Positions 19,334 through 28,902 of a stretch of 64,000 bases of DNA are shown piece by piece. Source of the DNA: a bacterium (GTDB taxonomy: Bacteria; UBA8248); the NCBI GenBank assembly GCA_963692865.2, contig OY843592.1, positions 2,432,001 to 2,496,000 of the forward strand, given 5' to 3'. The number at the start of each line of letters is the position of its first letter. Within the stretch, counting starts at the first letter, position 1. The notes below the pieces were generated by a model. That model worked only from the letters and a program-made list of their open reading frames with translations, made no database searches and was not told where the DNA came from. The position numbers and the translations under genes were made by a program.

Positions 19334-19837
19334 CTAAAAACCCTTGTTCAGCGCGAGACCGAAGAAGATGGCGAACAGCGCGAGTATCGCGTTCCCCAGA
19401 TTCACATGTTCGAGCGTTTTGAGCAATTTCATGCGCTCATCCGTCGTATCGCCTATGGGACGCCCGTTTCCGGCGGGTCCCGTACCCCGCGTGAGCCTGA
19501 GGCCCACCGCGAAGAACTGGAAGCTGATTCCCATCATCATCAGGAATACCGTCAGCAACTTCAGTCCTAATGGCACGAAGAGTTTTCCGAATGCGGGCCC
19601 CATCGCCATCTTGAGGCCCGTCAGATACCAAGCGCCCGTCATGATGAGCACGCCCATGCAGATCAGGATAAAGGGGTGGTAGAAGCGAAGGATGGATATT
19701 ATCTCGCCCGCGTATTCCTCGGGCTCAAGCCTGCGCCGCAGGTGCCCCATCAGAAGCCAGAAAAAAACGAGCGCGCCCTCATACAGACAGGCCGCCAGTA
19801 TATGGACGTAAAGAAGCCAGAAATAGGTGTTCGACAT
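19334..19837 (-). CDS. CopD-like/DUF2269-like membrane protein
   Basis: Four TM helices, YVHILAA, LGLKLL. Confidence 0.55.
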   Translation of the reverse strand: MSNTYFWLLYVHILAACLYEGALVFFWLLMGHLRRRLEPEEYAGEIISILRFYHPFILICMGVLIMTGAWYLTGLKMAMGPAFGKLFVPLGLKLLTVFLMMMGISFQFFAVGLRLTRGTGPAGNGRPIGDTTDERMKLLKTLEHVNLGNAILALFAIFFGLALNKGF

Positions 19838-19865
19838 TCGCGTCTTCTAGGAGAAAATTTCGTGT

Positions 19866-19899
19866 GAAAACACCCCCGGGACGCGCGCCCCGGGGAGTG
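19866..19899 (-). terminator. Rho-independent terminator
   Basis: Minus strand CACTCCCCGGGG...CCCGGGGGTG followed by TTTT. Confidence 0.55.
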
Positions 19900-19908
19900 C
19901 ATGCGACT

Positions 19909-20766
19909 TTAGCTGGCCGTCCCTTCTTTGGGGAAGAACTTGTCGTATAGCTCGGGCCGTTGCCACTGCGTCAGCACGCCGGCCTTGGCCGCGTTTTGCC
20001 CCGATGAGGTCACCTCGTCGTTTTGCTCGCGAAGTTCGCGCATTCTCTCCAGATCCACGTCGACCATGAACAGGCCGGCCTTCGTGCTCTCGAAAACGAC
20101 TTCTTCGGGCGTCGCCACCATCGCCAGTCCGCGCTGGCTCTTGTCGAAAAGGTTCTGCGTGGTGATGACGATGGCCAGGTTCTCTATCGCACGCGACCAG
20201 ATGAGGTTCCGCCAGGTGCCCCACAGCCTTTTCTTGTCCACGCCGGCGGGCAGGAAGATGATTTCCGCCCCGCGGAGCGAGAGAGCGCGCGTCACCTCGG
20301 GCATATAGACTTCGCTGCACATCGCCATGCCGACCTGACCGTACTGGGTCTCGAAAACGGGGTATTCGTTCCCCGCGACGTACTGGAATTCCCAGATGCC
20401 GCCGCCGGTGTATATCCAGGGCCCGGGGGGATGGGTTCTGCGGTAGCGCCCCGAAGCGCCGCCGGTGGGCCGGGCGAGGTTCAGCAGGTTGTGCGCCGTT
20501 TTCTTCTCGTTATCCAGCGGTTCGAGCGTTCCGTATTGCACATAAACGCCGCAGCGCTTGGCCACTTCCTCCATCGCCTCGGTGGGGTCGAACGTGGCGG
20601 GCATGCGCCAGGGACCGGGATACGATTCGGGGAAGGCGACGAAATCGGCCCCCTGCGCGGCGGCGTCTTCGACATATCGAACCGCGTCGGCCACGTTTTT
20701 TTCATCCTCGGGTGGGGGATACCCCATCGGCTGCACGAGTGCGAGCCTGAAATTGTCGGCGCTCAT
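19909..20766 (-). CDS. Carbon-nitrogen hydrolase (nitrilase superfamily)
   Basis: FPE, YRRTH (Lys replaced by Arg), MCSE, RAIEN. Confidence 0.85.
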   Translation of the reverse strand: MSADNFRLALVQPMGYPPPEDEKNVADAVRYVEDAAAQGADFVAFPESYPGPWRMPATFDPTEAMEEVAKRCGVYVQYGTLEPLDNEKKTAHNLLNLARPTGGASGRYRRTHPPGPWIYTGGGIWEFQYVAGNEYPVFETQYGQVGMAMCSEVYMPEVTRALSLRGAEIIFLPAGVDKKRLWGTWRNLIWSRAIENLAIVITTQNLFDKSQRGLAMVATPEEVVFESTKAGLFMVDVDLERMRELREQNDEVTSSGQNAAKAGVLTQWQRPELYDKFFPKEGTAS

Positions 20767-20800
20767 TTCGGTCCCTCCTCAGATAAAAGGATTACCGCCG

Positions 20801-20986
20801 CTACCTGTCCACGTATAGCGTGCCGTCCGCCGCCCAGGAATCCGTCGCGACGTCTTGAAATATGACCGTGATGACGTTTTTGGGCGCGCCCGAGTGCTTG
20901 TGGACCGTCTCCGTGATCTCATCGGCCATCGCGCTTTTCTGCTCCTTGGTTCTTCCTGACAACAGGCTGACCTGAACAACGGGCAT
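20801..20986 (-). CDS. 4-oxalocrotonate tautomerase family
   Basis: N-terminal Pro, GRTKEQK, 61 aa. Confidence 0.85.
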   Translation of the reverse strand: MPVVQVSLLSGRTKEQKSAMADEITETVHKHSGAPKNVITVIFQDVATDSWAADGTLYVDR

Positions 20987-21034
20987 CGGAATACCTCCTT
21001 CTGAATTGGGGGTGAATCACTAAGGCATCAACTC

Positions 21035-22669
21035 CTAGATATTGGGGCCGGCAGCCGCGACGTCCGGCGTCACCCGTTCCGTGAACTGCTCGAAATTCTC
21101 ACGGAACGCTCCAGCGAGTTCGCGTATTTTTTCGTCGTATTTTTTCTTGCTCCGCCAAAGATTTCTGGGGATCATGTATTTCTTCGGCACCCCGGGGCAA
21201 CTCGTCGGAACATGCAAATCGAATATCGGCACGTCCTGTGTGGAAACTTTGGCCAGTTCGCCCGTCATAGCGGCCGTCAGAAGAGCGCGCGTATGATGCA
21301 GCGGCATCCTGTCGACCTCGCCGGCGGCCCCCCCGATCCAGCCCGTGTTGACGAGCCAGACCTGCGCGTCGTGTTTTTTGAGTTTACCCATGAGCATCTC
21401 TCCGTATTCTGCGGGATGCAGGGCCAGGAAGGGCGCGCCGAAACAACTGCTGAACGTGGCCATCGGCTCATCGACGCCAGCCTCGGTACCGGCCACCTTG
21501 GCCGTATAGCCGGAGAGGAAATGGTAGGCCGCCTGCTCGGGCGTTAGTTTGCTGATGGGGGGCAGAACGCCGAACGCGTCACATGTGAGAAAGAAGATGT
21601 TCTTCGGATGCCCGCCCATGCCCGAGAGCTCGCAGTTGTCGATGAAGTGGTTGGGGTAGGTGGCGCGCGTGTTTTCCGTTATCGACATGTCGTCGTAATC
21701 GATTTCCCGCGTAAGCGGATCGACGACGACGTTCTCCAGAACGGAACCGAAGCGTATGGCGTCCCAAATCTGGGGTTCGTCTTCCCTTGTGAGGTTGATG
21801 GTTTTCGCGTAGCAACCGCCTTCGAAATTGAAGATGCCCGCATCCGACCAGCCGTGCTCGTCGTCGCCGATGAGCTTTCGGTTCGGATCCGCGGACAGCG
21901 TGGTCTTGCCCGTGCCGGAGAGGCCGAAGAAAAGGGCCGTGTCCCCGCCGTGGCCCATGTTCGCCGAGCAGTGCATCGGAAAGACGCCCTTTTGGGGCAG
22001 CAGATAATTCATGATGAAAAAGGCCGATTTCTTCATCTCGCCGGCGTATTCCGAACCGCCGATGAGCGCCATGTTCTTCTCGAAATTCACCAGCGTGAAG
22101 TTCTCCTGCCGGAGTCCTTCCGCCGGACCCGCTCCCAGGAACCTGCCCATGTCGATGACAGTGAAGGGATTTTTGTGATTGTCCAGTTCACCGGGTTCGG
22201 GGCGGACGAGCAGCGTCTGGCAGAACATCGAATGCCATGCGAGTTCCGAGATTACGCGCACGGGCAGCTTGTATCTCGGATCGTTGCCCACGAAACCATC
22301 GAAGATGAAAAGGTCGCGCTTTTGGGCGTAGCTTGCGATTTTCTGAAAAATGCTGTCCCAGTTTTCGGTCGATATTTTCTGGTTGATGGGCCCCCACCAT
22401 ATCTTCTTGCTGGATGGGTTCTGATCGACCGTGAACTTGTCTTTGGGCGAGCGGCCCGAGAATTTGCCCGTGTGCACCACGAGCGCCCCGTTGGGAGCGA
22501 GGTAACCTTCGCCTCTCGCGACCGCCATTTCGTTGAGGGTGGGGATGGGGAGATTCCGGTACACCTTGGCTACGTTCTTGAGGCCTAATTTATGGAGGCC
22601 GAACGTCCTTTCCGTCCCTATTTTCGCAGGTGAGGAGGTTGTCTTTCCCCCCTCCTTGGTTGACGCCAT
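21035..22669 (-). CDS. pckA: Phosphoenolpyruvate carboxykinase (ATP)
   Basis: GRSPKDK, YAGEMKK, GLSGTGKT, LIGDDEHGW, NTGW. Confidence 0.96.
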   Translation of the reverse strand: MASTKEGGKTTSSPAKIGTERTFGLHKLGLKNVAKVYRNLPIPTLNEMAVARGEGYLAPNGALVVHTGKFSGRSPKDKFTVDQNPSSKKIWWGPINQKISTENWDSIFQKIASYAQKRDLFIFDGFVGNDPRYKLPVRVISELAWHSMFCQTLLVRPEPGELDNHKNPFTVIDMGRFLGAGPAEGLRQENFTLVNFEKNMALIGGSEYAGEMKKSAFFIMNYLLPQKGVFPMHCSANMGHGGDTALFFGLSGTGKTTLSADPNRKLIGDDEHGWSDAGIFNFEGGCYAKTINLTREDEPQIWDAIRFGSVLENVVVDPLTREIDYDDMSITENTRATYPNHFIDNCELSGMGGHPKNIFFLTCDAFGVLPPISKLTPEQAAYHFLSGYTAKVAGTEAGVDEPMATFSSCFGAPFLALHPAEYGEMLMGKLKKHDAQVWLVNTGWIGGAAGEVDRMPLHHTRALLTAAMTGELAKVSTQDVPIFDLHVPTSCPGVPKKYMIPRNLWRSKKKYDEKIRELAGAFRENFEQFTERVTPDVAAAGPNI

Positions 22670-22878
22670 GTGTTACTTCCTCCCGGGAGTCGAAATATCC
22701 GTGCAACAGTTCCGCTCGCGTTAAGAGCATTTTTTGAATTGTCTTGCGAATCGCGTACGAATCCGCTCAAAGAAGGCCGCAATATGCCTCGCAGAGTGTA
22801 AGAAGTCAAAAGCAAACCCAGGTCGTTTTCACCTCGTGAACCACGCAAACTCTTTTCGGTTTTATGGGTATTTGCGTC

Positions 22879-23955
22879 TTATCCGATGACTTCACTTTCT
22901 TTGCGATAAAAGGGCAAGCTCTCGACAGTCGCCTTGGCCACGGCACCCAGAGAATCCACCATTACTTGCGTGCCAGGCTCCATCTGGGCGCGGGGCAGAT
23001 ACGAAAAAGCCAGGACGGCGTCGAGCGTCGGACAATACGCGGAGCGGGTGATGGAACCGACCTCCTTACCGCCTGCATAAACGGCTGCTCCCGGCTCAGG
23101 GACGGTTTCTCCATCAATCTTGAGCCCCACGATTCCCCGATTCACTTGGCCGAGATACTTGATCTTGGCGATGACCTCCTGGCCGATGTAGCAGCCCTTC
23201 TCGAAGTCGATGGCCTTTTCCTCCAGCCCCGCCTGCATGGGGTTGACGGCCGGAGTCATGTCCTTGCCGAAGAGCGCCACGCCCGCCTCCAGCGTAAGCG
23301 ATTCGAGCGTGGCGACGCCCGCTGGTTTCGCTCCCGCATCCGACAACGCCCGCCAGACGCGCTCCGCCTCCTCGCGACGCCCCATGAGCAGATAGCCGTC
23401 TTCGCCCGTCCATAGTTCGCGCGCCATCATCATGTCGCCAGAAGACGTGTGGCCGTGCGCCGAGGTTGGAGGTTCGCCCATCCCCGCTTTGGCGATGATC
23501 TCCCTTGAGGAGGGGCCGAAAAGGCCTATGCAAAACGAATTTTCCGTCTCGTCCGCCACTTCCACCTGATCCATGATGATGAACCTGTCGATCTCCTCGG
23601 CGAGAATTCCCGCCATTCCGGGAGCCACCGAGGCGACTACGAATGTTTCAAATTTGTAGGTATGCAGATCGGAGATGAACTTTCCCTGCCGGGTGAGGAA
23701 GGTGTTGTACGCGCCCTCTCCGGGCTTGAGTTCTTTTACGCGGTTGGAGAGCATTCGGTGGAGAAATTCCTCGGTGTCCGGGCCGCTGAAGCAGAGGTTG
23801 CCCCGGTGGGACAGATCGATGACGACGGCGCTTTTTCTGCATGTGAGATGTTCGGCTGCCGCGTCTCCGAACGATGCGGGGATCCGCCATCCCGCTTCTT
23901 CAATGAGCCGGGCGTTGGCCGCTTGGTGCAAGTCGAGCAGGGGGGTGGCTGGCAT
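22879..23955 (-). CDS. Folate-binding aminomethyltransferase family (YgfZ/GcvT-like)
   Basis: KGCYIGQE YgfZ signature and GcvT-like N-terminus. Confidence 0.85.
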   Translation of the reverse strand: MPATPLLDLHQAANARLIEEAGWRIPASFGDAAAEHLTCRKSAVVIDLSHRGNLCFSGPDTEEFLHRMLSNRVKELKPGEGAYNTFLTRQGKFISDLHTYKFETFVVASVAPGMAGILAEEIDRFIIMDQVEVADETENSFCIGLFGPSSREIIAKAGMGEPPTSAHGHTSSGDMMMARELWTGEDGYLLMGRREEAERVWRALSDAGAKPAGVATLESLTLEAGVALFGKDMTPAVNPMQAGLEEKAIDFEKGCYIGQEVIAKIKYLGQVNRGIVGLKIDGETVPEPGAAVYAGGKEVGSITRSAYCPTLDAVLAFSYLPRAQMEPGTQVMVDSLGAVAKATVESLPFYRKESEVIG

Positions 23956-24110
23956 GGGTCTCCTCTTGGGCGCATTATGCGAGCGCAATGTAGAAGCGAA
24001 AGTTCCGGCAATTATTGATACGCTTGTGTATTCTACGCTCTGATTAAGGGTGAAGTGAAATGATGGAGGCAAACATCATTCATTATCCATATCGGGAGGC
24101 GAGATGAAGC

Positions 24111-24986
24111 ATGGGCGAGAAACTGGGATTCATTGGTCTGGGCAAGATGGGAACGCCCCTGACACGCAATCTCCTTGCGGACGACCATGAAGTGGCGGGT
24201 TTTGACGTCGATCCGGCCCGCATGGAGCAATTGAGAGAAGCAGGCGGAACTCCTTGCGCGAACGCAAGAGAGGTGGCCGAGCGTTCGGAAGTGGTTTTCA
24301 CCATGCTGCTCAAGCCCGAACACATCGAGATGAACACCATCGGGCCGGAAGGGGTCGCCGCCGCAGGGAAGGAAGGCCTCATCCTCGTCGAGATGAGCAC
24401 GATGCACCCGACCTGGTCCGCCGGGCTGGCGAGAAAGCTCGAAGCCAGGGGCGTGGAGATGGTCGACGCTCCCGTCTCGGGTACCGTGCCGCACGTTGAG
24501 TCGAGAACGCTGGCCTATATGGTGGGCGGCAAGAAAGAAACCTTCGAGCGCATCAAGCCCATCATCGAGCCGTTGGCCAAGAGCGTTATCCATACCGGGC
24601 CCAACGGCACGGGCTGCTCCATGAAGCTGGTGACGAACCTCATCGTGAACGCGGGCGTCGCCCTGCTGGCGGAGGGCCTGCTCCTCGGCGAACGCTCGGG
24701 TTTGTCGCACGATACAATCATGTCTTGCCTGCGCTCGGGAGCGGCGGCGGGTGTTCTCCTGGATCTCAAGGGAGAAAAAATTCTCTCGCGCGACTTTACG
24801 CCACATGGCGCTCTGAGCATCTACGTGAAAGATCTCGGCCTTTGCGTTGACCTGGCGAGAGAAAAAGGATTTGATGCGTCTATGGCGGCAGCTGGTCTGG
24901 AGATGTTCCGGCGCGCGCAAGAAGCGGGTTGGGCCGAAGATGATTGCGCGCGCGTGGTGGATGTATATGAGGGAAAGGATCGTTAG
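24111..24986 (+). CDS. Beta-hydroxyacid dehydrogenase (3-hydroxyisobutyrate dehydrogenase family)
   Basis: GFIGLGKMG, DAPVSG, MKLVTN, KDLGL. Confidence 0.88.
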   Translation: MGEKLGFIGLGKMGTPLTRNLLADDHEVAGFDVDPARMEQLREAGGTPCANAREVAERSEVVFTMLLKPEHIEMNTIGPEGVAAAGKEGLILVEMSTMHPTWSAGLARKLEARGVEMVDAPVSGTVPHVESRTLAYMVGGKKETFERIKPIIEPLAKSVIHTGPNGTGCSMKLVTNLIVNAGVALLAEGLLLGERSGLSHDTIMSCLRSGAAAGVLLDLKGEKILSRDFTPHGALSIYVKDLGLCVDLAREKGFDASMAAAGLEMFRRAQEAGWAEDDCARVVDVYEGKDR

Positions 24987-25028
24987 GGTTCACGGTTGGT
25001 TTTACCGCGACTGCACAGGAGACGGACA

Positions 25029-26210
25029 ATGGCGAAAGGCGCACCGGCTGAATCCAAGAATTTCAGGCTGATAGGGCACGACCCGGACGCGGCATGGGGC
25101 GGAGGCAGCCTCGTCGAGGTGAAGAACGGATACGCCTACGTGGGCGCGGTCGGTACGGCGAGCTACGACGGACCGGAAGGCTGGACCGTCCACGACGTAT
25201 CCGACCCATCTAACCCGAGGCGCATCGCCGAGGTGTTCGCGCCTCCCGGTCTGCACAATCACAAGGTGCGCATCGTGGGAGACGACCTGCTCTATGTGAA
25301 TCATGAGCGCCTCAAGACGCCGGAAGGCGAGACGGCGCGGGCGGGCATTTGTATTTTCGACATCTCCAATCCTTCGGAACCCAGGGAAGCCGGCTTTTTC
25401 GACCTGCCCGGCACCGGGCCGCACCGGTTCGGCGTCGACAACGAGCGTGGTCTCGCGTTCTTGCCGAACCATGCCGAGGGGTGGCGAAACCGGGTCATGT
25501 GGACTCTCGATATCACGAATCCTCTGAAGCCCGAAGTGCTCAACGTCGTCGGTCTCCCGCAGCAGGATCTGAGTCTCGATTATGATTACGAGGAGCCGGA
25601 TGATTTCGAGCGCTCATGGACGTGCCACGGGCCGGCAACCATCCGAGGAGACCGCATGTACTGCGGTTTCTGGGGGGCCGGCATGGGCATTTTCGATTGC
25701 AGCGATCTGCGCAACATCGAGTGCGTGGGACACCTCTGCTGGTCGCCGCCCTTCGTCGGCTCCACGCACACCGTGTGGCCGCTCGGCGACAGGCCCTACG
25801 CCGTGGTGACGGACGAGGCGCGCGCGCAGGAAAATTACGAGAGCAGCCAGTTCATGTGGGTGGTGGACATTCGCGACGAGACGAACCCGATACCCATCTC
25901 GACCTACATACCGGACAGGGAAGAGAACATGAACCGGGGCGGGCGCTTCGGCGCGCACAACATTCTCGAATATCTCCCTGCGGATGGTCCCTGGAAGGAC
26001 ATCGTCTTCCTCACGTACTTCAATTCGGGGCTTCGGGCCATCGATCTGTCGGACCCCTTCAAACCAAAGGAAGTGGGGCACTACATCCCCGAAATGAATT
26101 TCGGGAAGGACTACGCCCAGTCGAACGACATCGGCATGGACGAGAACGGCCTGCTCTATCTCATCGACCGAAACGGGGCGGGTATGCACATCCTGGAATA
26201 CACCGGATAG
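25029..26210 (+). CDS. LVIVD-repeat beta-propeller protein
   Basis: Repeated VHDVSDPSNP/IFDISNPSEP/VVDIRDETNP/AIDLSDPFKP. Confidence 0.8.
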   Translation: MAKGAPAESKNFRLIGHDPDAAWGGGSLVEVKNGYAYVGAVGTASYDGPEGWTVHDVSDPSNPRRIAEVFAPPGLHNHKVRIVGDDLLYVNHERLKTPEGETARAGICIFDISNPSEPREAGFFDLPGTGPHRFGVDNERGLAFLPNHAEGWRNRVMWTLDITNPLKPEVLNVVGLPQQDLSLDYDYEEPDDFERSWTCHGPATIRGDRMYCGFWGAGMGIFDCSDLRNIECVGHLCWSPPFVGSTHTVWPLGDRPYAVVTDEARAQENYESSQFMWVVDIRDETNPIPISTYIPDREENMNRGGRFGAHNILEYLPADGPWKDIVFLTYFNSGLRAIDLSDPFKPKEVGHYIPEMNFGKDYAQSNDIGMDENGLLYLIDRNGAGMHILEYTG

Positions 26211-26271
26211 GCGATGGGGCGTCGAAGTTTCGCTGCCGGCAGGAAGGATTTACCGAGCGGGGAGGGGATTC

Positions 26272-26709
26272 ATGAACCCGGGTGATTTTTTCGTGGTCTG
26301 CGCCGTTTCTTTCCTGGCCACCTACGCTCATCTCGTTTTCGCCCTGATCGCCGACAAGATAGGGATGGTGAAGCTCGACTTCGGCAAGGGCGTGTCCATG
26401 CTTCTCTTCGGCGATGCGTATGAAGGGAATCCGCCCTATGCGCTCGGCTTCATCGCCGTTCACCTGAACGGGGTCATCTTCGGCTTGCTCTACGCCACCT
26501 GGGCGGCGGGATGTCTTCCCGGGCCGAGCATCGCGCGCGGCCTGATCTGGGGCGGGGCGCTCCTGATCTTCTCCCAATGCGTCTTCAACCCGCTCATCAC
26601 GGGGCACGGTTTTTTCAGCCGGAAGTTCCACCCAAGGGCGTGGCAGACCGCCGTGGTCGCCCACGCCATCTACGGCGGCCTGCTGGGCTGGCTCTCGCCA
26701 GTACTCTGA
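26272..26709 (+). CDS. Hypothetical membrane protein
   Basis: Four hydrophobic helices, HLNGVIFG and HAIYG; GGAGG RBS. Confidence 0.65.
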   Translation: MNPGDFFVVCAVSFLATYAHLVFALIADKIGMVKLDFGKGVSMLLFGDAYEGNPPYALGFIAVHLNGVIFGLLYATWAAGCLPGPSIARGLIWGGALLIFSQCVFNPLITGHGFFSRKFHPRAWQTAVVAHAIYGGLLGWLSPVL

Positions 26710-26723
26710 GAGCAGGCCGCGCG

Positions 26724-27563
26724 CTATCTTCTCGCTCTCTTCGTCCTGGGCGCTTTGCGTTGTGACGCCCAGCACTTCGCCACGTCGAGAGGCGCTGCGA
26801 CCCAGGCGTCGCCCTTCGCGAGGATGTGCTGGATCAGCCTCTCGAGCATCCGCATCCGGTGGTGCTGGCCGATGATCTGGGGATGGCACATGATGTTGAT
26901 GTACCCGCCTTCTTCATACGTGCCCTCGAATTCCTCGACCCATATCGAATAAACCGATTCGGGGTCGCGGATGCCGTGACCGAGCGGGGGGTTCGTGCTG
27001 TGGGCGAAGAAGATGAAATCGTCGAGACTCCACTTGGTGGGCAACTCAACGAGGCCGCAATCGTGATAGTAGGGCCAGTCGTCGTCCATCATGTTCGAGT
27101 GGTACAAGAGCCCGTGTTTCTTGAGGAGCCCCATGGTGTGGACGCTCGGGTCCGCCGAGGGGGTGCGCGAGCCCAGGATTTCCTGCCCCGTATCGCGCTT
27201 GAGTATCTCCAAGGCGCGAACGAGCAATTCTTCTTCACGCTCGGCGTCGCACATCTGATAGGGCTTTTCGTGAATGTGGCCGTGGTGGCCGATTTCATGG
27301 CCCGCCTTGACGATGGATTCCGCCATCTTCGGCCATTTCTCCACCGTCCAGCTCGGGATGTAGAAAGCGCCGGGCAGATCGTATTTACCGAGGAGCTTGA
27401 GTATCCGGGGAATCCCCACCTTGGGGCCGTAGGCGCCCATGGAGTTGTGGATGGGGCGTCCCCCCAGCGAAGGATCCCGGCCCATCCAGACCGTCTCGCC
27501 GTCCACGTCGAAAGTCAGACACACGGCGCAGCGCGCCCCGTTTTCCCATTTCACTCTAGGCAT
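26724..27563 (-). CDS. Polysaccharide deacetylase family (CE4, PuuE/HpPgdA-like)
   Basis: LTFDVD, HEIGHHGHIH, CHPQIIG. Confidence 0.85.
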   Translation of the reverse strand: MPRVKWENGARCAVCLTFDVDGETVWMGRDPSLGGRPIHNSMGAYGPKVGIPRILKLLGKYDLPGAFYIPSWTVEKWPKMAESIVKAGHEIGHHGHIHEKPYQMCDAEREEELLVRALEILKRDTGQEILGSRTPSADPSVHTMGLLKKHGLLYHSNMMDDDWPYYHDCGLVELPTKWSLDDFIFFAHSTNPPLGHGIRDPESVYSIWVEEFEGTYEEGGYINIMCHPQIIGQHHRMRMLERLIQHILAKGDAWVAAPLDVAKCWASQRKAPRTKRARR

Positions 27564-27602
27564 TCGTTTCCCCTCATCCTTGCTTGGTTGGAAGTTTAAT
27601 GC

Positions 27603-28889
27603 TTAAGAATCCGCCATTTTCAGTAACGCGCGCGCCAGGACGTCGCAGCCCCTGCAGGCGTCTTCCCAGTCCATGTCCTCTTCTTCGGAATGGCTCTTCC
27701 CGGCGACGCAGGGCACGAAGATCATGGCCGTAGGACCCAGGTCTGCCGCGTAGCGGGCGTCGTGCCCGGCGGCGCTCCACATGCGCCGGTGGCTGCAGCC
27801 CGACTCTTCACACGCGGCTTCAATCGCCTCCGTCACGCCTGCATCGAAGCGCGTGGGGGTGGAGCCGCCGACTTCTTGAATCTCGATTTCGAGGTTTTCC
27901 TTCTCCGCCTCGCGGCGCGCAGTCTCCTCGATGAGTTGCCTGGCTTCATCGAGAAGTTCCGGTTCGCTGTGGCGAAAATCGACAGAGAACGTCACCCGCT
28001 CGGGTATGACGTTAATGGCGTTCGGCGAGAGGGAGAGTTCTCCCACCGTGGCGACGAATTCCGGATGCAGCGTTGCGGGAATATCGCGGATGGCGGCAAC
28101 CGTCCGCGCAGCGCCCACCAGTGCGTCTCTGCGCATGCGCATGGGCGTGGGGCCGGCGTGGTCGCGCTCTCCTTTCATGGTGACCCGAAGCCACGTAAGG
28201 CCGAAGATACCCTCCACGACCCCTGCCTGCACGCCTTCGCTCACGAGGGCGGGGCCTTGTTCGATATGGAGTTCGAGGTATGAACCGATAGGCCGCGGCG
28301 CGCAGGGCGCATCGCCCCGGTAGCCGATGCGCTCGAGTTCGTCCACGAACCTCGCGCCTTGCGAGTCTCTCGTCTCGTAGGCGGCATCGAGAGGTATCGC
28401 GCCCGCGAACACGCCGCTTCCGAGCATGGAGGGCGGGAAGCGCGGACCTTCCTCGTTCGTCCAGTTCACAATCTCTATCGGGCGTCGCGTCGATATGTTC
28501 CCGTCGTTCAGCGTACGGACGGCTTCCAGAGCGGCCAGCACGCCCAATGAACCGTCGAAGCGGCCTCCATCGGGCACGGTGTCCAGGTGGCTGCCCGCCA
28601 TGGCGGGAGGGGCGTCATCTTCCCGGCCGGAGCGTCTGGCGAACATGTTTCCCATCTCGTCGATCCGCAAGTCGAGGCCGGCGTCCTCCGCCCAGGCGGC
28701 GAACAAATCCCGCGCCTGTTTGTCGGCGTCGGTGAGCGTGAGGCGATGGACGCCGCCTCCTTTCGTCGCTCCGACCCGGGCCATCTCCTCCATGGAGCGG
28801 CGAAAGCGATCAGGATTGATTATCAATTCGAACCCTCTGGAAATAACCGGACGAAACGGAACCGTCTCCGATAGTGGGCGGGGAGCCAT
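27603..28889 (-). CDS. M20 Zn-dependent amidohydrolase (N-carbamoyl-amino-acid/allantoate amidohydrolase family)
   Basis: GSHLDT, GRFDG, NEEG, ELHIEQGP, HAGPTPM, GHDA; start may be TTG 28826. Confidence 0.88.
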   Translation of the reverse strand: MAPRPLSETVPFRPVISRGFELIINPDRFRRSMEEMARVGATKGGGVHRLTLTDADKQARDLFAAWAEDAGLDLRIDEMGNMFARRSGREDDAPPAMAGSHLDTVPDGGRFDGSLGVLAALEAVRTLNDGNISTRRPIEIVNWTNEEGPRFPPSMLGSGVFAGAIPLDAAYETRDSQGARFVDELERIGYRGDAPCAPRPIGSYLELHIEQGPALVSEGVQAGVVEGIFGLTWLRVTMKGERDHAGPTPMRMRRDALVGAARTVAAIRDIPATLHPEFVATVGELSLSPNAINVIPERVTFSVDFRHSEPELLDEARQLIEETARREAEKENLEIEIQEVGGSTPTRFDAGVTEAIEAACEESGCSHRRMWSAAGHDARYAADLGPTAMIFVPCVAGKSHSEEEDMDWEDACRGCDVLARALLKMADS

Positions 28890-28902
28890 TCTCCGGGGAT
28901 AA

